This document shows, piece by piece, positions 33,183-46,519 of a DNA stretch of 64,000 bases. This DNA is from Eledone cirrhosa (lineage: Eukaryota), in assembly GCA_964016885.1 (NCBI GenBank), contig OZ024742.1, positions 108,128,001 to 108,192,000 on the forward strand, given 5' to 3'. The translations under genes were made by a program, and so were the position numbers. Each line of letters starts with the position of its first letter. Position 1 is the first letter of the stretch. The notes beneath the pieces are model-generated. The model had not been told where the DNA came from. It ran no database searches and saw only the letters and a program-made list of their open reading frames with translations.

Positions 33183-33497
33183 TTGTCAATTTACTTTTCA
33201 ATTTACATATATATATTTGCGTATAATACCAATATGCACACTACATACGCCAGCAGAAAACCGCCCGCAGGGCGATTTTTATGCTAGTGTATATAATAAA
33301 TGGAGAGAGAATAACTAAGTTATACTTAAAACATGATTATAATTCTAAGCAGAATTTACAACGGCTGAGAACATCTCCAGCGTTCTTAAATTACTGCTGT
33401 ATCGAGGAAACTGGTTAGCATACAGCTTCTGTCATCTTTACCAGCATCTATATTGGTAAACCTCAATATAAACAAATATATATATATATATATATAT

Positions 33498-33616
33498 AGG
33501 AAAAGAGTCAGGACCCCGACGGCTGAGCTACGGCCGTTTCGACAGCTAGATCCGAACTTTTGTAAGTATTAAGTACACTGGTGCGTTATGGTCCACCTGG
33601 TATCTTACCACGCCCT

Positions 33617-33620
<4 letters not shown>
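33498..33620 (+). mobile_element. Family T variant with a fixed internal inversion
   Basis: Junction ..ctagatccgaacttttgtaagtatt.. is shared with the copy at 37800-37882. Confidence 0.7.
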
Positions 33621-33694
<74 letters not shown>

Positions 33695-33696
<2 letters not shown>

Positions 33697-35541
33697 TTTC
33701 TGAATTTGTTTAGCAAGATTCTTTATCTGAAATCGTGTGTTGGAACCGATATTGTTATACTTTGGGAGGGTCATGTTGCCAATAAGAAACACACGCACCA
33801 GTTGCTTTCACTTCAATTTATTATAATAAATTTATAATAAATTTATAAATTTATAAATTTCTGGTTGGTTGGTTGGTTCCACAACCAGATAGTTGTTTAT
33901 ATATTGTCATAGTTCTTTCGTCACACACTCTGTGACCTCTTCAGTGACAATACACTACAGAACATAAATAAACCACACCCAAGTTCGTCCGCAATACTAC
34001 TCCAGAGAAAACCCAACGTACACAACTGTAACTGCACCTATCCTGACAACTGCCCCCTCGGCAATAACTGCCTGGAAAAAAATATTATTTATAAGTGTAC
34101 CATTAAATCCGGAGGCAACGAGTGGTATTACGTGGGATCAACGGCAACATCGTTTAAATCTCGATTATATAGGCATTCTTACTCAATAAAACACCAGAGC
34201 CAAAGAAATGTAACAACTTTAGCAGAAAAAGCTTGGACGCTCAGGGATAGCGATCAAAAGTTTACCCTAAAATGGGAGAAATTAGCTAAAACCCAAAGCT
34301 TTTCCAGGAGCCAAAATTTCTGCAAATTGTGTAATCTTGAGATTTATTACATAATCACACACAAGAGGAAATTGCTGAATAACAGAATTGAACGAACATT
34401 ATTCTGCCGTCACAGAACTAAAACCCTTTTTTCCCACTACAAGCTGAATATTACATAAAAGAGGGACATCCCCCCAACTATATAAACCTCAATCTAGTTA
34501 GAAAAATATAAAAACAATCTCTTCTCAACATATATATGTATATTAATAACCTTAAATTACCACACTAATAATGGAAAGATATGCTGATGAGAATAGGTGC
34601 AAATATGCGATAATGAATGTGTCTAAAAGCGACCATAAGTATGTATATATATGTGAAAATGTATATAAATAAGTAAATATATATATATGTTTGATGTGTA
34701 TAGTTAGATGTAAGTGTATTCATGTATTAAAGTGCTTATATATATATATACACATAGACTGGAGTATGTATGTATATATGTGTGTGTCTATACGTGTGTA
34801 TATAAAGATAAGTTGAGTATGAAAATGTATACACATGAACGCGTAGGTAAGTACATGTATATATGTGTGTAAATATATATGTATGCATGTGTATATGTAT
34901 GTAAGTATGAGCATGTAAGTATGTGAATGTGAGTATATGTATTTTGTAGAGGTGTGCATATATGTTTGTATGTGAATGCGTGGGCGAAAGGATACGTACA
35001 CTTGAAAGAAAAATTTAAGTCTGAATGTTAATTAAGTGCAAACACAAAACCAACCACGCATATCTATACTATCTCTAATCCTTCTATAGATTTAGAAAAA
35101 TAACCAATAATATATTCTATAAAAATATCAAAACAACAGATGGGAATCTAATTACTCACTGCCACCAAAAATTCTCACTGCTATCAAAAAACCACTCCCT
35201 CAACTATTCTTCTAACAACTTCACCCCTCCCTCCTAATATTCTCTATAAAAACCAAACAGGTCCTCAGTAAAATTATTCCGATGAAATGACAGTTGATAA
35301 TAACATTGAAATATTGAATGTCTGCATAACTAATACTTTGTAGATAGCAGCTGTTTTCAGGTTATGTAACTGTTATAGAAACACGTGTCAATAAATTCCT
35401 TTTAACTAAACTGTATCCATTCAAATCTTTCTATTTTTCTCCGGATTACTTCTGGAACTACAACTGGAACCGTCGAGCAAACTCTACGTGAGCTGTCCAT
35501 CTACTGTGTGTAATATTTATATTACAACACTACGGAAAATA

Positions 35542-35545
<4 letters not shown>
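33695..35545 (+). mobile_element. 5'-truncated Penelope-like element with an inverted terminal repeat on the left
   Basis: GIY-YIG region at 34028-34458; minus-strand HHR tattgtca-CTGAAGA-gtcaca/tgtgac-GAAA..TA-tgacaata at 33902-33952; both ends in (TA)n. Confidence 0.8.
34028..34458 (+). pseudogene. PLE GIY-YIG endonuclease domain fragment
   Basis: CNCTYPDNCPLGNNCL-EKNIIYKCTI..YYVGST..FKSRLYRH..CKLCNLE..LLN..CRH. Confidence 0.85.
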
Positions 35546-35596
<51 letters not shown>

Positions 35597-35754
35597 TTAA
35601 GTATCGAGAGAGAGAGAGAAAAAAAAAGGAAAGATAGGCGATACATATATTTAGTTGCCAATAGTTTGTGCAGATGTGCTCAATACTCGTGCCTACAGGG
35701 TTAAATATTAGAAGCGTCAATATTTAGTGGGCGAGAAAAAATAAGCAGAGCGAT

Positions 35755-35833
35755 TATAAAAGAAATGAATACAAGGAGTTTAAAACCGTTAAACATGTTC
35801 TAGCGGTTTTAAACTCCTTGTATTCATTTCTTT

Positions 35834-35837
<4 letters not shown>
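35755..35837. repeat. Fold-back hairpin at the end of a microsatellite-flanked insert
   Basis: tataaaagaaatgaatacaaggagtttaaaaccg / cggttttaaactccttgtattcatttcttttata. Confidence 0.85.
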
Positions 35838-35913
<76 letters not shown>

Positions 35914-36021
35914 ACGAAGGAAATGTGATAAGGAACCAAGTGGACCATAACGCACCAAAGTACTCAATACTTAGGGTAGTAGAGTGGGTAATTCTGGACT
36001 ATATATATGTGTGTGTATATA

Positions 36022-36130
<109 letters not shown>

Positions 36131-36141
36131 ATATGTATATA

Positions 36142-36180
<39 letters not shown>

Positions 36181-36185
36181 GTGTA

Positions 36186-36302
<117 letters not shown>

Positions 36303-36724
36303 GCGCAAGTAATAAGACACCCAAATTCCAAGTCTTCCCATTTTACCTTTGCGCTGACAATACAACAGAACAAATACGAATAAATAAGGAAAATATCTTC
36401 ATTCAAAAATATTTCTACTAACTGAATCATTTTCCTACACACACAAACACACACACACACACACACAATATATATATTCTCTTCATCTTAACATGCTAAC
36501 CATACTCCCACACACACATAACACCTATACACACACACATAAAACACACACACACACAACCCCCTCCCCCATTTCTACTAATAGAATCACTTTCCTACAC
36601 ACATACACACACACAAAATATATATATTCTCTCCATCTTAACATACTCCTACACACACACACACATAACACCCATATACACACACACAACTCACTCCCCC
36701 ATTTCTACTAATAGAATCATCTTC

Positions 36725-36794
<70 letters not shown>

Positions 36795-37330
36795 GCACAC
36801 AAATAAACGTACATATCTCTACTTTCTTTATTTCAATAGAAAGTCTGAATTCTGACACCCCAGCGAACCAGCCATATTCACTGAACCAGAACAATTCTCC
36901 CATCCCATTTCTCTTGACCATTATCTTTTGTTTGTCATAAAATTCTCTAAAAGGCTACAAAATAAATTCCCAAATACGGGCGCGAAATTTAATGAACTTG
37001 TTCACGTGACAGTTATAATTTCATTTATAACCAATCAAACTACATTTATAAAAAAAAGCCTTTGTGAGCCAGTTTTTTTAAAGTAAAAAGAAATTCAAAC
37101 AAACTGACGCGAAAGCTGATGTGCTTATTCACGTGACTGCATCAACCAACCAAACTTCACTCATATATGAAAAAACAACCTGCCATATTCACTGAACCAG
37201 AACAATTATATATATATATATTTTTTAAAAAAATAAGACTCCAGTTGCATTTTCGATTTCATCTTTTTTTCTTTATACTTTCACTCGTGTAGGACACCTC
37301 TGTTATTTTTCATTTTGTAAAAAACCTCAC

Positions 37331-37798
<468 letters not shown>

Positions 37799-39064
37799 TG
37801 GGTGTGGTAAGATACCAGGTTGTCCATAACGCACCAGTGTACTCAATACTTACAAAAGTTCGGATCTAGTTCTCGAAACGGCATATATATGTTCTAGAAT
37901 CACGAGGAAAACATTCCATTTTGTTCGTTTCAGACATTTGTTAAATTTAATCGATTTATATGTAACTTAGTAGTCTATATATTGTTTTGCGCGTGTGCGT
38001 GTGTGTCTATATAAATAGATATACATACATTTAAATGAATAAAAACTTAAAATGTCATATTGATCTTTAACACTTGATGGTTGTTGCTAATTAAACTGTG
38101 CAATTTCCACGAGGTCCGCAAATATTTCATATGGATTCCTATAATAAATAACAACGGATAATGTTACGTTCTCATATGAAAGACCAAATATCAAATATGC
38201 TGTGCAAGAGAATATACCTACGCAACCCCTAGTGAAATTCGTGGCTTAATGCAAAGAGTATTGATCTCACAATCCTTAGGTAGGGGGTTCAATTGGTGAA
38301 CTTGTGCGGTGCATTGTGCACTTGAACAAGACATCCTATTTTGCGTTGCCTTTCGTGTTAGCACTAGGGTTCCTGTCATCAAAACGCTCAAGAAACCTGA
38401 AATATAACCACCTTAGTGGCCAGCTTGAGAGCTGTAACAACAATATGGTAGGACTGGGGCTTCTCTCTTTATAAACTCGTCGGAAGCCAACTAAATGTTT
38501 ATAAGTGTGAGTTGTAAGTTTCCCTTTTATTTTCATCCCCCCATGCGTGCGTATGCGCCTAAAATAAAAGTGACTGCCACTTAATATTGCGAGCGAATAA
38601 ACATCAGCATTTAGACCCCTGCTGGTGCCAAGGTCCCATGGAGTGTAACTGAGCCCAGAACCACGTAGTTGGAAAGCACGCAGCCACAACAGATTTATAT
38701 TGTTGTACAATAAATGCAACTACGCAACATAAATTGTGTAACAGTAGTCTCGGTATATTAGAGATTATAGGAAACACTGCAATGAACTCACGTGCGAAAG
38801 GCCTGGAGCAGCAAATTTTAATGAGTCTCAAGAAATGAATTTTCAGTAATGTCTGTGATAAATATTTCATCTATGATATTAGATTATTAACACCTTGGTA
38901 ATTTCACAAGAAATTTATGATATGATACATAATAAAATGATCAGGTGTATTAATTACAATTTACCTAAAGCTGATGCAGAACATTTTTTACAAAATAATA
39001 TATTAATTTAGTAAAATTGTCAAAAGTAAGGAACTACTGTTTATCCCTTGAGTCAAAAGATATA

Positions 39065-39246
39065 ATAATTGTTTCTACTTTTGGTACAAGGCCAGCAATT
39101 ATCCCAGTCTATTACTGGTACTTTATTTTATCGACCCCGTAAGGATGAAAGGCAAAGTTAACCTCGGCGGGATTTGAACTCAGACCATAAAGGGCCGTAA
39201 CTCTTTGCTGCAAAGCATGGCGTCCGGCCCTTACCGATACTGCCAA
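39065..39246 (-). mobile_element. SINE family A, near full length
   Basis: Close match to the reverse complement of 53674-53845. Confidence 0.85.
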
Positions 39247-39316
39247 TAATGATGTTTTATTATTATATGTTTTATTCAAGTTATAAATAGTGTTTCATTA
39301 CTCCTATCAATTGTAC

Positions 39317-39381
<65 letters not shown>

Positions 39382-39399
39382 GAAGGGAGATACGGTTTT

Positions 39400-40572
39400 G
39401 TTTATGTATATAAGGAATACATGTTTAAACAAGAAAGCTGCTTACCAGAGAGTTTGACTCACCGGTATCCTTTGAATCGTATAGCATATTATCCTAGCAG
39501 GCGAATATGGTATATAGGTCCAGAAGAGATCAAGGAATATATTAATATAAGCAAGTATTGACCCCCAAAAAATAAAACGTCGGCGTGAAGAGATTATGAA
39601 TTTATTTGCTTTGACATATATTTCCGTGTCTATTATAAGTTGTCTACATATGCTGACTACAATATACATTGTTCCGTCATATGCAATATTTAATTATTTA
39701 TTACACTTCATCAGAATGCCTATAGTAGAGGAATGCAACTATTCACTACGCAGTAGAATTTAGTAATAAGATTTTCGTTTAAGAAAATGTAAATAAGTTA
39801 AAAATAGCTTGAAATATAGTCAGTTAGTGTGATAGTAGGGAGGAGAGGGAGTGGGGGTAAAGAGTTTCACACTATTAATCCGTCTGCTGTGATGTGGAAC
39901 AATTATTCTTTGACCATTGGTATAGATGAAGGTGTTGATGCTTACCATATATGGGGGTAGAGAAGGTATAAGGAGAGGGACAGAGAAAGATAAGGTAGAG
40001 ATTAAGAGTAGGCTAGAGTGGGTAAAGAGGAAAGGAATTAAGAAAATGGATTGTTTTGAATATTACTGCATTCATTGGGTTGGAAAAGTTCAAATGCCAC
40101 AGGAAATAGACCAAATAAGATATAGTAAATCCTAGGTATTAGGTATCGAATCTTGTTCTAGTCCAGTTTGTATTTAGCGAATGTTTTTAGAACTTTGTGT
40201 TTGCAATTAAATATCCTATCATTCCGGGAATTTAGAAGGTCCTTTCCGGTCGTTATTTCAATAACCTCCGCCAAACATTTATGTATCAGCTGTGCTAGGG
40301 CGAGAAATAAAATTCTAATTTTATTTTTAATATTCGCCAATGGCCAGCCGTAACTCGCTCGGTCAGCAAATGTGGCTACTCAGTCGATGTATACTTAAGA
40401 AAATACTATATATTTTCAACCGTTCACAAGACTGGCAGGGGTATACAGACGTGATGAAGGATAATGACCCAGAAACATGTTGATTGTTCCTCAAAGCCAG
40501 TGTTGAACAAACAGGTGACCGGCACGGCACAGCTTCAAATCGAACATTATCATTAATGTTCGATATAACCCA
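39400..40572 (-). mobile_element. Decayed PLE 3' fragment with an oppositely oriented HHR-like arm
   Basis: Minus strand CLAEVIEI..LLNSRNDRIFNCKHK..F.KYKL (40158-40285) parallels the C-terminus of the 34458 endonuclease; degenerate HHRs near 39665-39720 (minus) and 40451-40485 (plus). Confidence 0.55.
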
Positions 40573-40611
40573 TACGTATATATGTATATGTATATATGTG
40601 TGGATATGTAT

Positions 40612-41015
<404 letters not shown>

Positions 41016-41289
41016 TTTTGAAAACAGCTGGTGATATGCATGTAAGTAAATATTATCTCTATCTGATAGTTTGTAAACTTACATAGATACATAGTTGAGT
41101 ATAGATACATCTAGAAACGATCGTAAAGCAGTGAAGTATATCTCTAATGACTTGATATTTGATTTCATTGTTTTAACTTATATATATATATATATATATG
41201 TATATATAAATATATATATATATGTATATGTATGTGTGTGTACGTGTGCATACTTACACACACACACACGCACACGCACACACACCCAC

Positions 41290-41364
<75 letters not shown>

Positions 41365-41505
41365 ATAAAACAAACACAAGGTCATGATAATACCACTTTA
41401 TGCTAACTTTGACAGGGAAATATATACAAATTAGGCTGCTCAGCCGTTAATATGTATAAGGAAAGTATATACTTTCAGACATTCAATCATCTGGCAGGAA
41501 GGTAT

Positions 41506-41548
41506 ACGGTGCTGACGATAGCTAATAAGCTTGAAACTAGTACATCGT
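41506..41548 (+). ncRNA. Type I hammerhead ribozyme with intact core
   Basis: acggtg-CTGACGA-tagctaataagctt-GAAA-ctag-TA-catcgt; palindromic ACTAGT stem III. Confidence 0.8.
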
Positions 41549-41752
41549 TCTTTGTCAGTGTTGAACAAAAGGGCAACGATGGTTGCTAAACACTGTACGG
41601 CTTAATTCGGGATGTTTGTTTACAAACAAACCGAGCATTATAATAAATGCTCGCTAAAACCATACGTACATATATATATATATATGTGCATGTATGTATA
41701 TATATACATATTACTGTACGTCTGTATACATATATGTATGTACGTATACATA

Positions 41753-41829
<77 letters not shown>

Positions 41830-41830
<1 letters not shown>

Positions 41831-42543
41831 TTTGTTCGTACTGCCTCTCTGTTTTGTTCCCGTTCCATTTTTAACTATATATATACTGTATATATATATA
41901 ATAAATGTATTCTTAGTTTTTCGAATATTAATAATAACATTTGATTCGTTTGCAATTATGCAAACATGCCTCATTTTTAAAGCCATGTCAGTAGAATGAG
42001 CCGCTCATTTCTGCTTGTGTGTTGGCATGTAAACAGAACTGCAGACACTAATGTTTCTGGGTTTTATCCTTCATCAGTACAGTTCACTGTTCACCTGCCA
42101 ACTGTCAGAGCTAGTGAAAATATATGATATTTTCTAAAATATACTGTGACTGATCGGCCTGATTTGCATATTAGCAGACCCGCTGATCAGTCGGATCTGA
42201 ATATTAGCAGATCCACTGATCAACCAGATTTGCATATCAGCAGACTGGCCAGTCAGTTTCCTGTATACGACCGATCAATGGCCGGCTTTGCCATATTTAA
42301 ATAAAAAAGGTTGTTTCGCTCTACATGGCTGAATACAATAAATGTAATCTGAGTTTTTCGAATATTAATAATAATATTCGATTCGTTTGCAATTATGCAA
42401 ACAAGCCTCATTTTTGAAAGCCATGTCAGTAGAATGAGCCCCTCATTTAGCTCTTGTGTTGGCATGTAAACAGAAGTGCAGACACTAATGTCTCTGGGCA
42501 TTACCCTTCATCATTACAGAAGGGTAATACACAGAAACATTGA
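41830..42543 (-). mobile_element. ~440-bp-period HHR-bearing partial tandem with a tiny inverted arm
   Basis: 41900-42082 is repeated (diverged) at 42338-42519; minus HHR ctgta-CTGATGA-..-GAAA-cattagtg-TC-tgcag at about 42039-42082; inverted remnant aagggtaatacacagaaacatt at 42520-42541. Confidence 0.7.
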
Positions 42544-42779
42544 CGACCTTCTGGAGCTTGGAATCATCAGCAAAGATTCTTATGTTATTGTGCTTGATAA
42601 CGTCGATACACATTGACTTGTGGTACGTCACTACTGAATTTGGCTGGACTTGATTGTATTCATTCGACTACAACATCTGTTCGCCAGGAAACACTTGATC
42701 CATTATATTAAATTTCCAGAGGCACCAATGTTGGATAGTTTTTCAGTTGAATGTTGTGATTAACCTTGTGAAAGGCGTT

Positions 42780-43500
42780 GCTAAAATCAAGTTAGATGAC
42801 ATCAGTGTTGGAGCCCTCTCCCAAAGCTCTTAAAATGTCATCAAATTGATGCAGGAGCTGCGCAATCCCTTCCAATACGGAACCCATGTTGGTTGGAGTT
42901 CAACAGACTATTGATGTCAAGAAAGTGAGATATTCGTGATCTCACCACCCTCTCAAATACCTTAATGATATAGGTGGTAAGTGAATGCAAACGACTTTTT
43001 TCCATTTTTGAAAACTGGGACAGAAAGTTTTCAGGTATATAGCCAGCGTCCAGTGAGTTCCTCCACAGATTATCTAATGGAGATGCAAGTTGGTGTCGAC
43101 ACACCTTCAGAACACTAGCAGGGAACCTATCAGCGCCTACTGCTGAATTGTGTTTAATGTCGTTTATTGCCGCTAAGACATTAGTGGCGCCAAACGTTAT
43201 GTCAGATATAGTGTGTTGGGGATTAACATCACTGATATAGTCCAGATCAGCCATATCAGGATTACGGTAAACAAGGCAGTATTGTTTCTGTATTATCTCA
43301 CCCATAGTTTTAGCATTGTCTTGGAGAGAGTCATTTTCATCAATCAGAGGGCCAATAGTGAAGCCAGTGACCTTGAGTTTTTTCACAAATGAAAAGAGCG
43401 CTTTGGGATTTAGTTTGATTTTCTCAATTGCCCATTTCTCCTCAGCTTTAGTTATTGATGATGATCTGTGTGAAGACAGTTTCGTCGAATGTTTAAAACG
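42780..43500 (-). mobile_element. CR1-group LINE ORF2 fragment (linker and RT N-terminus)
   Basis: NPKALFSF..IGPL..SAVGADRFPASVLKVC..IKVFERVV..NQHGFRIGRDC. Confidence 0.85.
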
Positions 43501-44229
43501 TTCACTTTGAAATCATTAGGTCCTGTTTCGATCATGCTTTGCGATAATTTGGGCAGGTGTCATTTAACATAAATTCGCATCGAGCCAAGTGAAAGTGGAG
43601 TAGCGGGAACTGTTTGGAAGCCCAGCGAATACACTGTACCTGTGACTGATCCAACATACTGTGATACCTAATCTGCTTGAGAATTACCTTAAGTGTACAC
43701 ATGCCGGTGGAATGCTCAGCTGCGTATGCATTAATTTTCACGAACAGACTATTCTATTGATCGAACAACCAGAACACTCATTATCTAAACCGACGGAGGT
43801 TCATTCTTCCTCCCCTAAACAATAATCTCCTGCTTATCAGAAACAGTTTCTTTATTTAATACATATGATAACTCTTTCTTCGTTCCTTTATTTACAAATC
43901 TAAATGGAGGCTTCGGGCTAGTCATTGATATTAGTTTCCATTTTGTGCGGAATATAATAGCAAAGACAAATGAAATCCAAATGACATCCTGATGTTTTAG
44001 ATGATTCTACTAGTGGCGTTAGTCAATAATTATATGTATCCAAGCGCACACCGTTACAGTATATAATTCGACAATGGAAATATACTTTTAGAAATGTTCA
44101 TCTTTCTTCAAGAGGAATTATAGTTAGCTTGTGGTTATGGGGCAGTGTCTTTGTTGTAAATAATATCCAATGATTTCACTGACTTTCTATATTCTTCAAA
44201 ATGTTGATGGAGAAAGTGAATCTATTTTA

Positions 44230-45185
44230 ATATTCTAAGTCTACTTCAGACTCCATTACATGACAATGGCTCCCGGCATTCTTGATTTATGTCAATGTCT
44301 TACATTAGGAAAATACCAAAAGTCGATTGAATTCAAACAACAAATGAAATGAAACTCTTATTTTATTTACCGCCTTAAAATACATAGAAAATATGACATT
44401 CAAATGACATTAAGTGTCATACAAGAAGATAAGTAAAACAAAACAAGTCCTTTTCTTAATAAAGCAAATATTTTATTGTTATACTGTGGGAGTTTCATGC
44501 TGCCAATAAAAACATACACTTGCTGGTTTTCACTTCAATTTATTATAATTTTGCGGTCGATTGGTTGGTTCGATAACCAGATGGTTGTTTATGTATTGTC
44601 AAAGCTCTTTCGTCACACATTCTGTGACCTCCTCACGGACTAGGTTTTAATTTTGTGTCTCTTCTTTGTTCTGTCCTACACCATCTTGTTTTCGTGTGTT
44701 CTTTGTATGTATAATTATTCGTGTGTGTACTATAAAAAATGATTTGATTGACACTAACACGACTGAAATCGTCCATAGTTCTCTCATTCAAAACTGCCCA
44801 TTTTAAAGTGTTCTTCATTGCATTAAAACATTCCATCATCATTTTATCTAAGAACATTCTAAGTTATTTCCACACATTAACTTGATCAAGTAAAAGGTAT
44901 TTTACCACTTAAAAAAAATGATTTCCAAAATTAATTGAAGCACAGAGAGTTTCTTTCATTGGACATATGTTATTGAAAGGGTTAATGACCTAATGTGAGA
45001 TGGCATCAACAGTAGATGTAAGATGTGAATTGATTTTAACTTGGAACTTGTCTCAATGTTAATATTCTACGTCTATAATACACTCCATTACATGACAATG
45101 GCTCCAAGCTGTCTTGAATTGTGTTAGTATTTTAGATCAGGGAAATATCGAACGTTAATTAGACTCGCAAATATAAAATGAAATT
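44230..45185 (+). repeat. Diverged ~120-bp direct repeat pair (44230-44352 and 45061-45185)
   Basis: Both share aatattcta.gtcta..actccattacatgacaatggctcc. Confidence 0.7.
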
Positions 45186-45889
45186 ATTAAAAATATGTTG
45201 AATTTAGTAACCTCATTCAGTGATTACTTTCAGAAGCTGGAAAATATATTTGACAGATATTATTCTATTTACCAGGATGGAGATAGGCAGACACGATTTT
45301 TATAAGTCAAAATAAATAACATTTTTTGTCGAAGAAACGCTTAGTGGTTATATGAAATATAAAAATGACGCTTAGTGTTTATATGAAATATAAAGGTGAC
45401 TTTGAATTACAATAACAGTCTTTCCGATAGGCTTCAAAACAAGTTCCATCTTCCCAATATCACCCAAATGACATGGGCCGGCCGGAGGCGATACGAAATG
45501 GCATTTGCTCAAGATGCAAGTGAAATTGAACCTAATGAATTCAAAGCAAGCTTCTTAACCATTCGGCCTTGCTACGTCCACAACAAAGCGATACATGGAT
45601 CCAGAAAACCAGCAAACGTATTGAATACTTGAATATATACATATAGAACATAATGGAGGCAGGACATTCAATTCTGAAGGTTGGCACCAGCTTTCTCGAA
45701 GTTTAAAGAAACTGAAAATGAATGTAGCCATTTAGATGATCATATCAACACAAAATTATATTTCCTTATTTTGTTATATAGCTGATCGAACACATTTTCT
45801 GTCGGACCGCTAAGTTTCGGACATAACCACAGGCCAAAAATAAATACACGAAGACATCTTCATACCCACGTATATTATACACACACAAA

Positions 45890-45960
<71 letters not shown>

Positions 45961-46406
45961 ATACCCATTCGATTTCCTGTTTACGATACAACACTACACA
46001 AAAGTTAGACTTTAAATGTCCAACTCACATACGAACAAGCGCGCACGTACGCACGCAGACACATATAAATGATTACACACACACACACACACGCACACAT
46101 GTATATACGTGGATATATACGCATAAAGTAGTCCCTACCAATGAGCCCATACACCCACATACGCCCACATACACAAAAAATAGGGCCGATGCTTATATAT
46201 GCACCCATCATCTCACAAATCACAACAAACATATTTTTTTGTCGGATCGCCAGTCTGAAGAGCAGATCGATAATGGAGTCGGGTCCATACTTTTATGGGC
46301 GACCCTGAACCACCCCCTTGCAAAACGTGCGTAACTAATCGATACACGATAAAAAACTAAATACATGCAAACAAAACTTCATCGTTTTTATTAATATTAC
46401 ACACAC

Positions 46407-46471
<65 letters not shown>

Positions 46472-46519
46472 CTTTATTTGCCACAAGGGCGCACAAGAAA
46501 AGGGGACATGTTTGCGCAT

